Source: a bacterium (GTDB taxonomy: Bacteria > Actinomycetota > UBA4738 > HRBIN12). From it: a stretch of 62,192 nt of DNA. Where the stretch lies: assembly GCA_046735355.1 (NCBI GenBank), contig JBKPTC010000073.1:1-62192 (forward strand), written 5' to 3'. Positions within the stretch are counted from its first letter, which is position 1, and the number at the start of each line of letters is the position of its first letter. The translations under genes and the position numbers were made by a program. Shown in pieces: positions 8,089 to 22,159 of the stretch. The notes below the pieces were generated by a model. It was not told the origin of the DNA. It was given only the letters and a program-made list of their open reading frames with translations, and ran no database searches.

Positions 8089-10833
8089 TTACGGCGTGAC
8101 GACGACGGCGACGGGAAACCGTTGCAGCACAGCGTCGACGTCGACAGGGGCGCGCAGGTCCACGCGGGCGCCGGTGAAGATCTCGTCCCGCATGCCGGCC
8201 GGCGCGCCGCGCACGTCGAGCCGGGTGTCGCCGAAGCGCGGCAGCAAGCGCTCGCCGCGGACGAGCCCGACGGTTCGGCGCGGCACGACGACGAGCGCGC
8301 GCTCGCGCCCGCGCCGGCGCTCGAACGCGACGACGCGATCGGCGCGCGAGCCCTCGACGGCGACGGGCGTGTACGAGCCCTCGAGGAACAGCGCGGGCCG
8401 CTCGCGGCGCAGCCCGAGCAGCCGGTCGAGCACCGCCAGCTTGACCAGCCCCTCGCGCCACCGTGCGAGCAGATCCTCGGGCGGCATGCCGTCGATCTCG
8501 GCGAGGAGCGCGCTCCGGCGCTCGAAGTCGACCGGCCGGCGGTTGTCCGGATCGACGAGGGACAGGTCCCACAGCTCCGTTCCCTGATAGACGTCGGGCA
8601 CGCCCGTCGCCGTCAGCTTGAGGACGAGTTGCGCGAGGGAGTTCAGCGCGCCGTGCCATGCGATCCGCTCGGCGAACGCGACGATCTCCCGGCGGACCGC
8701 CGTGCGCGGACCGAGCACGGCCCGGACGTACCGCTCGACCGCGGCCTCGTGCGCCTCGTTCGGCTCGAGCCATCCCGTGTCCGTCTTCGCCTCGCGCATC
8801 GCCTTCGTGAGGTACGCGACGGCGCGATCGGGAACGCCGGGCTCGTCGCCTCGCTCCAGCGGCCACATCCCGACCAGCGTCTGGAACAGCAGCCATCGCT
8901 CGGGAGCCGTCGGCGTGCGGACGCCGTTCACGACGGTCGAGTGACGGCGAGCCATCTCGGTCCATCGGTCGACGGCCGCGACCCACTCGCCCGCCAGCTC
9001 AGACAACACGGCGATCCGCATGCGGGTGTCCTCGCCGCGCTTGGTGTCGTGCGTCGCCGTCGCGAGCATCGCGCGCGGCCACGACCGCGCGCGAGCGCGG
9101 TTCCGGGCGTGGAACCCGTCGACGCCGGCCGGCTCGTGCGTCGGATGCGCTCCGACGTCGTTGAGCGCGACGAAGGCGACGCGGCGGTACAGCGCCGTGT
9201 CCTCGAGCCCCTTCGCCGTCACGGGCCCCGACAGCTGCTGCCACCGCATCACGAACGCGAGCCACGCGTGTGCTCGACGCGGCGGCAACGAGCGGACGTC
9301 CTCGAGCAGCAGGACGCGGCGGAGGAACCCGAGCGCGACGGCGGCGTCCGTTCCGGCCTCGCCGGAGGCACGGGCGATCGCCGTCTCGATCCGCGCGCGA
9401 TCCTCCCGGGAGACCGCGAGCCCCCTGACGTACGTCCGATAGACGTCGAGCTCGGACGTGACGAGCTCGATCGCCTCGCGGAGCGGCTCCTCGGGCAGAT
9501 CGCGCGCGTGCCGGTCCTCGCGCGCGAGCTCCTGGAGGCGCCGAGCGAGCGCCGACCTCTCCGAGGAGAACAGGCCGCGCATCACGTCGAGCTTCGCCTC
9601 GACGACGGCGCGCTCGAACGGCCGGTCGTCGCCGGTCCGCTCGGCGAACGCCCGCTCGAGGTGGCGGCTTCCGTCGGGATCGACGAGCATCTCGCTCACG
9701 TCCCGGAGGAAGTCGTAGCCGGTGCTGCCGTCGACGGGCCAGGCGGGCATCGGCTCGTCCGTCCCGAGGATCTTCTCGACGACGAGATACCGGTCCCCCG
9801 CACGGCCACGCAGCCGCGACAGATAGCCGGCAGGATCGGCCAGCCCGTCGACGTGGTCGACGCGGATGCCGTCGGCCTGGCCGGCGGCGATCAACCTGAG
9901 CACGAGCCCGTGCGTCGCCTCGAACACCTCGGCGTCGTCCTGACGGAGCGAGACGAGCTCGGGGATGTCGAAGAACCTCCGGTAGTCGATCTCGTACAGC
10001 GCCGACCGCCAGTACGACACGAGGTACGCCTGGTCGCCGAGCAGCGCGTCGAGCCGGTCGAACGACGCCGGCGAGCCGGCGCGCCCCGACCACGACCGGA
10101 GCGTCCGGGCGACCGCCGAGCGCACGGATCGATCCCCGGTGTACGCCGCCCAGAGCGCCGAGCGCACCGCCTCGGCCTCGCGCGCGCGGCGGCGCACGCT
10201 CCGCCGGTCGGTGTGGCTGCGGGCGGGGATCGCGCGCGCGCGGTCGACGACCGCTCGCAGCTCGTCGGCGACGAGGCCGTCGAGGATCCTCGGATAGTGC
10301 GCCGGATCGACCGGCAGGCGGTGGTCGAAGTAGGCCACGCGCAGACCGGCCTCCTCGAGGACGAGCCGGAGCTCACCGGCCTCGAGCGCCTCCCCGTACG
10401 GACGGCCGAGGATCGGAACCAGCACCTTTCCGTCGACGCCGGTTCCTCGCCAGTCGATGTCGAAGAAGGCGGCGTACCGCGACGCGCGGCCGTGCTCGAG
10501 GACGTCCATCCACCACGGGTTCTCGGAGCCCATCGCCATGTGGTTCGGAACGATGTCGAGGACGATCGCGACGCCGCGCGCGTGCAGCGACCGCGACATC
10601 CGACCGAACGCCTCCCGACCGCCGAACCGGTCGTCCAGCCGCGTCGGGTCCGTGACGTCGTAGTTGTGCGTGCTGTTGGAGCGCGCCTGCAGCACCGGCG
10701 ACAGGTACACGGCGCCGACGCCGAGCCGCGCCAGATACGGCGCGAGCTCGGCGACGCGCTCGAACGTCGTGTCGGCCCCGAGCTGGATCCGGTACGTCGA
10801 CGTGGGAGCGGTCACGTGACCGTCAACGGACAT
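8089..10833 (-). CDS. treY: Malto-oligosyltrehalose synthase
   Basis: 914 aa. N-terminus STYRIQLGADTTFERVAELAPYLARLGVGAVYLSPVLQARSNSTHNYDVTDP and IVLDIVPNHMA, a GH13 TreY signature. Confidence 0.9.
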   Translation of the reverse strand: MSVDGHVTAPTSTYRIQLGADTTFERVAELAPYLARLGVGAVYLSPVLQARSNSTHNYDVTDPTRLDDRFGGREAFGRMSRSLHARGVAIVLDIVPNHMAMGSENPWWMDVLEHGRASRYAAFFDIDWRGTGVDGKVLVPILGRPYGEALEAGELRLVLEEAGLRVAYFDHRLPVDPAHYPRILDGLVADELRAVVDRARAIPARSHTDRRSVRRRAREAEAVRSALWAAYTGDRSVRSAVARTLRSWSGRAGSPASFDRLDALLGDQAYLVSYWRSALYEIDYRRFFDIPELVSLRQDDAEVFEATHGLVLRLIAAGQADGIRVDHVDGLADPAGYLSRLRGRAGDRYLVVEKILGTDEPMPAWPVDGSTGYDFLRDVSEMLVDPDGSRHLERAFAERTGDDRPFERAVVEAKLDVMRGLFSSERSALARRLQELAREDRHARDLPEEPLREAIELVTSELDVYRTYVRGLAVSREDRARIETAIARASGEAGTDAAVALGFLRRVLLLEDVRSLPPRRAHAWLAFVMRWQQLSGPVTAKGLEDTALYRRVAFVALNDVGAHPTHEPAGVDGFHARNRARARSWPRAMLATATHDTKRGEDTRMRIAVLSELAGEWVAAVDRWTEMARRHSTVVNGVRTPTAPERWLLFQTLVGMWPLERGDEPGVPDRAVAYLTKAMREAKTDTGWLEPNEAHEAAVERYVRAVLGPRTAVRREIVAFAERIAWHGALNSLAQLVLKLTATGVPDVYQGTELWDLSLVDPDNRRPVDFERRSALLAEIDGMPPEDLLARWREGLVKLAVLDRLLGLRRERPALFLEGSYTPVAVEGSRADRVVAFERRRGRERALVVVPRRTVGLVRGERLLPRFGDTRLDVRGAPAGMRDEIFTGARVDLRAPVDVDAVLQRFPVAVVVTP

Positions 10834-10845
10834 CGCGGCGCCGCG

Positions 10846-13017
10846 TCACCGCGGCGGGACCGTCTCGCGGCCCGCGCCGGCCAGCCGCTCGGCGTCCTCG
10901 AGGTACCGCAGCAGGATGACCGAGTGCGAGACGAGGTTGACGCCCGCGCGACGGATCAGCCGCGATCCGATCGGGCGCGAGGTGTTGACGATCTCCTCCC
11001 ACATGCCGGCCGACTCGAGGCGAGGAAGCTGGAACAGTCGCGACCGGCCGCCGCCGTTCAGGAGGACGAGGAGCGTGTCGCCGAACACGGGACGGCCGCG
11101 CTCGTTGACCTCGTCGGTCGCCCGTCCGGGCAGCAGCATGCCGAGAACGCGCTCGTCGGCGCGTTGCCAGTCGGCGTCGGTCATCTCGCCGCCGTCGGCA
11201 CGCAGCCAGGTGACGTCCTTGACGCCGCCGTCCGTCACGCGGCGGCCCTTGAAGAAGGACCGACGGCGCAGCACCGGGTTCTCCTGGAAGATGCGCAGGC
11301 AGTGACGCGCGAACGCGAGTTGCTCGCGCTCGGCGCGGTCGAGGTCCCAATGGACCCACGACAGCTCGTTGTCCTGACAGTACGCGTTGTTGTTCCCCTG
11401 CTGCGTCCGCCCCATCTCGTCGCCGGCCAGGATCATCCGAACGCCCTGGGAGAACACGAGCGTGGCGAGGAAGTTTCGCCGCATCCGCTCGCGGATCGCG
11501 TTGATCCCCGGGTTGTCGGTCGGACCCTCGACGCCCCAGTTGCGGCTGTTGTTGTCGTCGGCGCCGTCGCGGTTGTCCTCGCCGTTCGCGTCGTTGTGCT
11601 TCTGCTCGTACGAGACGAGGTCGTTGAGCGTGAAGCCGTCGTGGGCCGTCACGAAGTTCACCGTCGCGTACGTGTTGCGGCCCGACGCCTCGTACAGGTC
11701 GCTCGAGCCGGTGAGGCGGTAGGCGAGCTCGGGCAGCTGACCCGGGTCCTCGCGCCAGAAACGGCGGACGTTGTCGCGGTACTTCCCGTTCCACTCCGCC
11801 CAACCGACGGGGAAGTTGCCGACCTGGTACCCGCCGGGACCCACGTCCCACGGCTCGGCGATCAGCTTGACCTGCGACAGCGTCGGATCCTGCTGCATGA
11901 TGTCGAAGAACGCGGACAGCCGGTCCACCTCGTACAGCTCGCGCGCGAGGACGGGTGCCAGGTCGAACCGGAACCCGTCGACGTGCATGTCGCGGACCCA
12001 GTACCGGAGCGAGTCCATGATCAGCTGGATCGTGCGCGGGTGACGCATGTTCATGCTGTTGCCGGTTCCGGTGAAGTCCATGTAGAAGCGCCGGTCCTCC
12101 GGCGTCAGCCGGTAGAACGCCTCGTTGTCGACGCCGCGCAGCGACAGCGTCGGGCCGAGGTGGTTCCCCTCCGCGGTGTGGTTGTAGACGACGTCGAGGA
12201 TCACCTCGATGCCCGCCCGGTGCATCGCCTTGACCATCGACTTGAACTCGGTCACCTGATCGCCGAGCGCCTGGGTGGCGTAGCCGGCGTGCGGCGCGAG
12301 GAACGCGATGGTGTTGTAGCCCCAGTAGTTCGACAGCCCCCTCTCGACGAGGTTGCGGTCCGACACGAACTGGTGGACGGGCAGCAGCTCGATCGCCGTC
12401 ACGCCGAGCGACAGAAGATGCTCGACGATGGGGTCGAACGACAGCGCGGTGTACGTTCCACGGACCTCGGGTGGGATCGCCGGGTGCAGCATCGTGAGGC
12501 CGCGAACGTGCGCCTCGTAGATCACGGTTCGGTTCCACGGCGTGTTGGGCGCTCGGTCGTCGCCCCACGTGAAGGCCGGATCGATCACGACGCCCTTCGG
12601 CACGCACGGGGCGCTGTCGCGGTCGTCGAAGGCGAGATCCTCCGCGTCGTCGCCGAGCCGGTACGCGTACACCGCGTCGTCCCACCGGACGTCGCCGGTC
12701 AGCGCCTTCGCGTACGGATCGATCAACAGCTTGTTCGCGTTGAACCGCTGGCCGTCGCTCGGCGCGTACGGACCGTGGATGCGGTAGCCGTAGAGCTGGC
12801 CGGGACGCACGTCGGGCAGGTACGCGTGCCAGATCAGGTCCGTGCGGTTGACGAGCGGGATCCGGTGCGACTCCGTGACGCCGTCGGCCTCGAACAGGCA
12901 CAGGTCCACGGCGCTGGCGTGCTCCGAGAAGATCGAGAAGTTCACGCCCTCGCCGTCCCACGTCGCGCCCTGCGGATACGGCTGGCCGGGCCAGATCCGA
13001 AGCTGCTCGGCCGTCAC
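10846..13017 (-). CDS. glgX: Glycogen debranching enzyme GlgX/TreX
   Basis: This is the 3' part of run-on ORF 10846..14565. The GTG at 13017 overlaps the treZ stop (GTGA). The product begins VTAEQLRIWPGQPYPQGATWDGEGVNFSIFSEHA, followed by YWGYNTIAFLAPH and VILDVVYNHTAEG. Confidence 0.9.
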   Translation of the reverse strand: MTAEQLRIWPGQPYPQGATWDGEGVNFSIFSEHASAVDLCLFEADGVTESHRIPLVNRTDLIWHAYLPDVRPGQLYGYRIHGPYAPSDGQRFNANKLLIDPYAKALTGDVRWDDAVYAYRLGDDAEDLAFDDRDSAPCVPKGVVIDPAFTWGDDRAPNTPWNRTVIYEAHVRGLTMLHPAIPPEVRGTYTALSFDPIVEHLLSLGVTAIELLPVHQFVSDRNLVERGLSNYWGYNTIAFLAPHAGYATQALGDQVTEFKSMVKAMHRAGIEVILDVVYNHTAEGNHLGPTLSLRGVDNEAFYRLTPEDRRFYMDFTGTGNSMNMRHPRTIQLIMDSLRYWVRDMHVDGFRFDLAPVLARELYEVDRLSAFFDIMQQDPTLSQVKLIAEPWDVGPGGYQVGNFPVGWAEWNGKYRDNVRRFWREDPGQLPELAYRLTGSSDLYEASGRNTYATVNFVTAHDGFTLNDLVSYEQKHNDANGEDNRDGADDNNSRNWGVEGPTDNPGINAIRERMRRNFLATLVFSQGVRMILAGDEMGRTQQGNNNAYCQDNELSWVHWDLDRAEREQLAFARHCLRIFQENPVLRRRSFFKGRRVTDGGVKDVTWLRADGGEMTDADWQRADERVLGMLLPGRATDEVNERGRPVFGDTLLVLLNGGGRSRLFQLPRLESAGMWEEIVNTSRPIGSRLIRRAGVNLVSHSVILLRYLEDAERLAGAGRETVPPR

Positions 13018-14903
13018 GCGGCCCGCCCGGTGTACAGCGCGAACGATCGCGGACGGAGACGGACGACGACCGTGTCGTCGGCCGGCAACACCGGGGGCGA
13101 CGTCGCGCCGCGGCCGCCGAACCGCTCGTCGGACGAATCGAGGACGCGCTCGAGCGACTCGGTCGCGCCCGTCACGCGGACCTCGCCGTCGTCGGCCGCC
13201 AGGTTGAAGATCCCGACCGCGCGGTCCTGGCCCGCGGACCGCGCGAGCACGAGCGTCTTGGTCTCCTCGTCGGCCGCGAGATCCAGCTCGTCCCGACCGC
13301 CCGAGGCGAGCGCCGGGTCGGACCGGCGAAGGCGCAGGAGCTCCCGGTACAGCTCGCGGACGCCGGCGTGCTCGGGACGGCCGAGCTTCGATCGATCCAG
13401 CTTGGAGCGCTCGAAGGTCTCGACCGCGTCGGGATCGGGCGGCTCCTGCGCCCAGGCGAACCGCGCGAACTCCGCCCGGCGCCCCTCGCGGACGGCGTCG
13501 ACCAGGTCCGCATCGCCGTGCGAGACGAAGTAGAGGAACGGAGCGGTCTCGCCGTACTCCTCGCCCTGGAACAGCAGCGGGGGGAACGGCGAGAGCAGGA
13601 CGAGCCCGGCGGCCACCTTCTGGCCGTCGAGGCCCGCGAGCGCCGCCAGCCGGTCGCCGGTCGCGCGGTTGCCGACGTGGTCGTGGTTCTGGGTGAACAC
13701 GACGAACCGCTCGCTCGGCACGGCGTCGGTCGCGTTGCCCCATCGGCGCTCCAGATGCTCGGACCACTCCCCCGTGTGGACGTATCCGTTGCGGTACGCG
13801 GTGCCGATCTGCTCGAGACGCCCGTAGTCGGCGTAGTAGCCGTCGCGCTCGCCCGTGAGCACGACGTGGATCGCGTGGTGGAGCTCGTCCGCCCATTGCG
13901 CGTCGATGCCGAGCCCGCCCTCCTCGCGCGGACGGATCAACCGCGCGTCGTTGAGCGCGCTCTCCGCGATGAGGTGCAGCCGTCGCCCGAGCCCCTCGGC
14001 GAGCTCGTCGGTCGCCGCGGCGAGCAGCCCGAGCAGCGGCCGGGCCGTCGGGTCCACGATCCCGTGAACGGCATCGAGGCGGAGCGCGTCGACGTGGAAC
14101 TCCTCGAACCACCGGAGCGCGTTCTCCCCGACGAACCGGCGGACGGCGTCGCCGCCCGCCTCGTCCAGGTTCAACGCGTCCCCCCACGGCGTCGCGTACT
14201 TCGGCGAGAAGTACGGGCCGTAGCGGGAAAGCACGTTGCCCTCCGGCCCGAGATGGTTGTAGACGACGTCGAGCACGACGGCCAGCCCGCGCGCGTGCGC
14301 CGCGTCGACGAACCGTTGGAACGCGCGCGGTCCGCCGTACGACGACTCGACCGCGAAGGCAAAGACCCCGTCGTAGCCCCAGTTGCGCGCGCCGGGGAAC
14401 TCGGCGACCGGCATCGGCTCGACCGCGGTCACGCCGAGCGCGGCGAGCTCGTCGAGATGCGCGATCGCGGCATCGAACGTTCCGTCCCCGGTGAACGTCC
14501 CGACGTGCAGCTCGTAGGTCACGTACGCCTCGAGCTCGATCCCCGTCCACGCCTCGTCGGTCCACTCGAAGGACGTGTCGACGACCTCGGAGGGCCCGTG
14601 CACGTCCTCGGGTTGGAACCGGCTGGCCGGGTCGGCCAGCTCGTCGCCGTTCGGAAAGCGGTAGCGGTAGCGCGTGCCCGCCGGCGCGTCGACGATCGCC
14701 TCGAACCCACCGCGCGGAAGCGGCATCATCGTGGTCTCGGTGCCGTCCGAGAGCACGAGCGTCAGCCCGTCGGCGTTCGGCGCCCAGACCTCGAATCGCG
14801 TTCGGCCGCCCGGCTGCGGGACGGCGCCGAGCCTCGACCGTGGGGACAGCGTCACCTCGGGCATCGCACGCAGCGGCACGTCACGTCCGACCTCGGTCGT
14901 CAT
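13014..14903 (-). CDS. treZ: Malto-oligosyltrehalose trehalohydrolase
   Basis: 629 aa. Contains YELHVGTFT..GTF, NWGYDGVFAFAVESSYGGP and VVLDVVYNHLGPEGN. Confidence 0.9.
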   Translation of the reverse strand: MTTEVGRDVPLRAMPEVTLSPRSRLGAVPQPGGRTRFEVWAPNADGLTLVLSDGTETTMMPLPRGGFEAIVDAPAGTRYRYRFPNGDELADPASRFQPEDVHGPSEVVDTSFEWTDEAWTGIELEAYVTYELHVGTFTGDGTFDAAIAHLDELAALGVTAVEPMPVAEFPGARNWGYDGVFAFAVESSYGGPRAFQRFVDAAHARGLAVVLDVVYNHLGPEGNVLSRYGPYFSPKYATPWGDALNLDEAGGDAVRRFVGENALRWFEEFHVDALRLDAVHGIVDPTARPLLGLLAAATDELAEGLGRRLHLIAESALNDARLIRPREEGGLGIDAQWADELHHAIHVVLTGERDGYYADYGRLEQIGTAYRNGYVHTGEWSEHLERRWGNATDAVPSERFVVFTQNHDHVGNRATGDRLAALAGLDGQKVAAGLVLLSPFPPLLFQGEEYGETAPFLYFVSHGDADLVDAVREGRRAEFARFAWAQEPPDPDAVETFERSKLDRSKLGRPEHAGVRELYRELLRLRRSDPALASGGRDELDLAADEETKTLVLARSAGQDRAVGIFNLAADDGEVRVTGATESLERVLDSSDERFGGRGATSPPVLPADDTVVVRLRPRSFALYTGRAA

Positions 14904-14907
14904 CGCG

Positions 14908-16806
14908 TCATGCCTCCGGCGCCAGGAACACGCATCCGAGCGGCGGAAGGCGGATCTCGACGCTCTGGTCGCGTCCGTGCGCGCCGGGCGAGCCGGCCTC
15001 GACGGGTTGGGCGTTTACGACGCCGCTGCCGAAGTACCGCCCGTCGTCCGAGTTCAGGATCTCCCGCCACCGGCCACCGAACGGAACGCCAACGCGATAC
15101 CGCTCGTGCGTCGTGGGCGTGAAGTTCGCGACGAACACGACGACGTCGCGCTCGGCGACGCCCCGTCGCGCGAACGCCACCACGCTCTGCGCGGCGCCGC
15201 CGCCGTCGATCCACTCGAACCCGCGAGGATCGACGTCGAACGCGTGCATCGCGGCGATGTCCCGGTACACGCGGTTGACGTCGGCGACCCAGCGCCGGAT
15301 CCCCTCGTGCTCGTCGTACCGGAGGAGCCCCCAGTCGACCGAGCCGTCGTGGTCCCACTCCCACGGCTGGCCGATCTCGCCGCCCATGAAGATCAGCTTC
15401 TTGCCGCTCTGCGCGTACTGGTAGCCGAAGAGCAGACGGAGGTTCGCCAGCTGCTGCCACCGGTCCCCCGGCATCTTCCGCAGCAGCGATCCCTTTCCGT
15501 GCACGACCTCGTCGTGCGACAGCGGCAGCACGAAGTTCTCGTGCCAGGCGTACACCATCCGGAACGTCAGCTCGTCGTGGTGGTAGCCGCGGAACAGCGG
15601 GTCTTCGTGGAGGTACTGCAACGTGTCGTGCATCCAGCCCATGTCCCACTTGAGTCCGAACCCGAGGCCGCCCACGTCCGTCGGCCGCGAGACGCCCGGC
15701 CAGGCGGTCGATTCCTCGGCGATCGTCTGAACGTCCGGGAACTCGGCGTACACCCGCTCGTTCAGCTGACGCAGGAACGAGATCGCGCCGAGGTTTTCGC
15801 GACCGCCGTGCTCGTTCGGCAGCCACTCGCCGTCCTTCCTCGAGTAGTCCAGATAGAGCATCGAGGCGACCGCGTCGACGCGGAGCGCGTCGACGTGGTA
15901 GTTCGCGAACCAGAACGTCGCGCTGCTCGTGAGGAAGCTGCGCACCTCGTGGCGCGCGTAGTTGAAGATCAGCGTGTTCCAGTCCGGATGGAAGCCGCGC
16001 CGCCGGTCGGCGTGCTCGAACAGGTGCGTGCCGTCGAAGTACGCGAGCCCGTGCTCGTCGGTCGGAAAGTGCGACGGCACCCAGTCCAGGATCACGCCGA
16101 TCCCCGCGCGGTGGAGCGAATCGATCAGGAACATGAAGTCCTGCGGCGTTCCGAAGCGGCTCGTCGGCGCGAAGTACCCCGTCGTCTGATAGCCCCACGA
16201 GCCCGAGAACGGATGCTCCATGACCGGAAGCAGCTCGAGGTGCGTGAACCCCATCTCGACGACGTGCTCGGTGAGGCGCTCGGCCAGCTCGCGGTAGGTG
16301 AGCCACCGTCCACCCTCGCCGCGCATCCACGATCCGAGGTGCACCTCGTACGTCGACATCGGCGATGCGAGCGCGTTGCGTCCGTGCCGGCTGGCCATCC
16401 ATTCGTCGTCGCTCCAGCCGTACGCGAGGTCCCAGACGATCGACGCCGTCCGTGGCGGCGTCTCCGCGTGGAACGCGAACGGATCGGCCTTGTCGACCCG
16501 GTAGCCGCCCCAGCGCGAACGGATGTGGAACTTGTACGGCGTGCCCGCGCGCATGTGCGGCATGAACCGCGCCCACACGCCCGAGCTCTGCACCGGCTCG
16601 AGCCTGTCGACGTCGGGGTTCCATCCGTTGAAGTCGCCGATCGCCGACACCGCCTCGGCATTCGGCGCCCACACCGCGAGGTGCGTGCCGTGCTCGGTCA
16701 CGTGCGCACCCAGCTTGGTCCACAGCCTGGAGTGCGTGCCCTCGTTGAACAGATAGATGTCCTCGGGCGTGAGCGACGACGGCGCCGGGGTGCGCACCGC
16801 GCTCAC
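14908..16806 (-). CDS. glgB: 1,4-alpha-glucan branching enzyme
   Basis: This is the 3' part of ORF 14908..17436. The GTG at 16806 overlaps the malQ stop (GTGA). Contains LAVWAPNAEAVSAIGDFNGWN, YEVHLGSWMR, SWGYQTTGYFAPTSRFGTP and GVILDWVPSHFP. Confidence 0.9.
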   Translation of the reverse strand: MSAVRTPAPSSLTPEDIYLFNEGTHSRLWTKLGAHVTEHGTHLAVWAPNAEAVSAIGDFNGWNPDVDRLEPVQSSGVWARFMPHMRAGTPYKFHIRSRWGGYRVDKADPFAFHAETPPRTASIVWDLAYGWSDDEWMASRHGRNALASPMSTYEVHLGSWMRGEGGRWLTYRELAERLTEHVVEMGFTHLELLPVMEHPFSGSWGYQTTGYFAPTSRFGTPQDFMFLIDSLHRAGIGVILDWVPSHFPTDEHGLAYFDGTHLFEHADRRRGFHPDWNTLIFNYARHEVRSFLTSSATFWFANYHVDALRVDAVASMLYLDYSRKDGEWLPNEHGGRENLGAISFLRQLNERVYAEFPDVQTIAEESTAWPGVSRPTDVGGLGFGLKWDMGWMHDTLQYLHEDPLFRGYHHDELTFRMVYAWHENFVLPLSHDEVVHGKGSLLRKMPGDRWQQLANLRLLFGYQYAQSGKKLIFMGGEIGQPWEWDHDGSVDWGLLRYDEHEGIRRWVADVNRVYRDIAAMHAFDVDPRGFEWIDGGGAAQSVVAFARRGVAERDVVVFVANFTPTTHERYRVGVPFGGRWREILNSDDGRYFGSGVVNAQPVEAGSPGAHGRDQSVEIRLPPLGCVFLAPEA

Positions 16807-18838
16807 GCCGCCTCCGCCCGGGCGGCCGCCGCGCGCCGGGCGCGCGCGATCGCACCGATCAGCGCGTCGATGCGCCGGTCGGCCTGGATCTCGTCGACGC
16901 TCAGCCGGAACCGGCCGCGCCAGTTCGGGCGCTCGGGTCCCGTGCCGGGCACGTTCTGTGGGCGCTCCTCGAGCCACAGGTCCTCGAGCGCGACGACGAC
17001 GAGCGCCGCGTCGCTTCCGGCGAGGAATCGGAGCGAGGCCTCGAGGACGTCGGCGGCGCGCGGGTGGGCGCGCGTCAGCAGCCCGCGCGAGCGCAGGCCC
17101 TGCACGAGGGCGTCGCGGATCTCCGCGCGCTCGCTCCGCCGGTGCTCGGCATCCGACGCCTCGAGCAGCCCCAGCGCCTCGAACAGGGCCACGTCCCGCC
17201 CGGTCCAGAACGCGGCGAACGTCGGCAGGTCGTGCGTTCCGAGCGACGCGGCCGAGCCCGCGGACGGCGGCTTCACGTCGTGGTGCTCGGGGTCGGTCTC
17301 GAACTGGATGACGTAGCTGGTGTGGACCCGGTGTCTGCGCATCGCGCGACGGACGTACCCCGGAACCGTGCCGAGGTCCTCTCCGACGATGCCCGCCCCG
17401 GCTCGGTGCGCCTCGATGGACAGGAGCGCGTACCACTCGTCGGCGCGGTAGCCGACGTACGCGCCGTGTCGCGGCTCGACGCCGCGCGGGATCCAGTACA
17501 GCCGGTGCAGCCCCATCACGTGGTCGATCCGGAAGGCGGAGGCGTACCGCAGCAGGTTCGCGACGGTCGCCCTCGGATAGGCGTACCCGTCCTCACGGAT
17601 CCGCTCGGGGTGGAGCGGCGGAAACCCCCAGTCCTGTCCGCCGGAGAAGAACAGGTCCGGCGGCGCGCCGGCCGAGCTCTCGACCGCGAACGCGGACCGG
17701 TGACGCCACACGTCGTAGCTCGCGCCGTTCACGCCGAGCGGCAGGTCGAGGTACAAGCCGCGGCCGTTGGCCTTCGCATGCTCGCCGACGTCCGCGAGCT
17801 GCTCTCGCGCGAGCCACTGCGCGTAGAGGTGGTAGCGGCCCGCCGGGTCGGCCTCGGGCGCACCCCGCAGCCAGCCGTCGCGCGCGGCGGCGGGCCAGGC
17901 GCCCCACCACGCGCGCCTACGATCGACCTCCGCGCGGAACCGGGCGTAGCTCCGGACCTCCGGACGTTCGGCGACGAACCGGCGGTACGCCTCCGGCTGC
18001 TCCGCTCCGAAGAAGCGCTCGGCGAGCGGCTCGAGGACCGAGCGCTTGGCCGCCAAGACGGCGCGGTAGTCGACGAGGTCGGTGCGGCCGCGTCGCCGTT
18101 CGAGCCGCCCGTCCGCGCGGGCCCCCGCGTCGACCTCCCCGACGCGCGCGACGTCGACGAACACCTCGTTCCAGAACAGCCGGCTCGCCGGCGAGTACGG
18201 GCTGGGCTCGAACGGCTCGTCCAGGAACGCGGCGAGCAGCGGCAGCGTGTTCAGCATCCGAGCGCCGCGGTCGCCGGCCCAGCGCTCGACGTCGCGGAGC
18301 TCGGTGAAGGACCCGATCCCGTCGTCGCCGTCGCAGCGGAGTGCGTACACCGGCGCGAACGGCGCCCAGGATCCCGGCTCGATCGCGGGCGCGCGCATGG
18401 GCGCCGAGAACACCGCGGCCGTCGAGCGGCCCCGGCGCGTCTCGACGGTCAGGGTGTGGTAGCCGGTCGGCAGGCGTCCGCGGCCGAACACGCGGCGGCC
18501 CGATCGGTTCGCATCGCGCACGTCGACGTCCGCCCGGCCGCCGTCCTCCAGTTCGACGCCGACGCGCGCACCACGCGGCGCGCGGATCTCGACGTCGCGA
18601 AGCCGCCCGTCCCAGGCGACGACGACCGGCTCGACCACGCGGCGCTCCAGCTCGCGCCGGCGCTCGCGGAGCAGCGGCTCGGCCTCGCCCGCGCGCTCGA
18701 TCGGAACGCCGAGCGCTCGAAGCGCGCCGAGCAGCCCGTCGGCCGGCGTGGCGACGCGCCTGCCGGACGCGTCGGTGTACGACCCCTGGACGCCGTACGC
18801 CCGCGCGAGCTCGGCCACCGATGCCCGGGAGCGCCCGC

Positions 18839-18842
<4 letters not shown>
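16803..18842 (-). CDS. malQ: 4-alpha-glucanotransferase (amylomaltase)
   Basis: This is the 3' part of run-on ORF 16803..21647. The ATG at 18842 overlaps the treS-pep2 stop (ATGA). Contains SPYSPASRLFWNEVFVD, GGQDWGFPPLHP, FRIDHVMGLHRLYWIP and VGEDLGTVP. Confidence 0.85.

Positions 18843-22155
<3,313 letters not shown>

Positions 22156-22159
<4 letters not shown>

Noticed and set aside
8122-13533. A giant 1803-aa plus-strand ORF, with similar ones at 18341..22195 (1284 aa), 22192..25938 (1248 aa), 14674..17316, 38636..40510, 41902..44448 and 45346..48369.
   Set aside because: These are antisense to genes with unmistakable enzyme motifs (treY/glgX/treZ, treS, glgE, glgB, mfd, GGDEF-EAL and others). 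Their products are Arg/Ala/Gly/Pro/Asp-rich low-complexity strings with no motifs. They are typical stop-codon-poor shadow frames of very GC-rich DNA.
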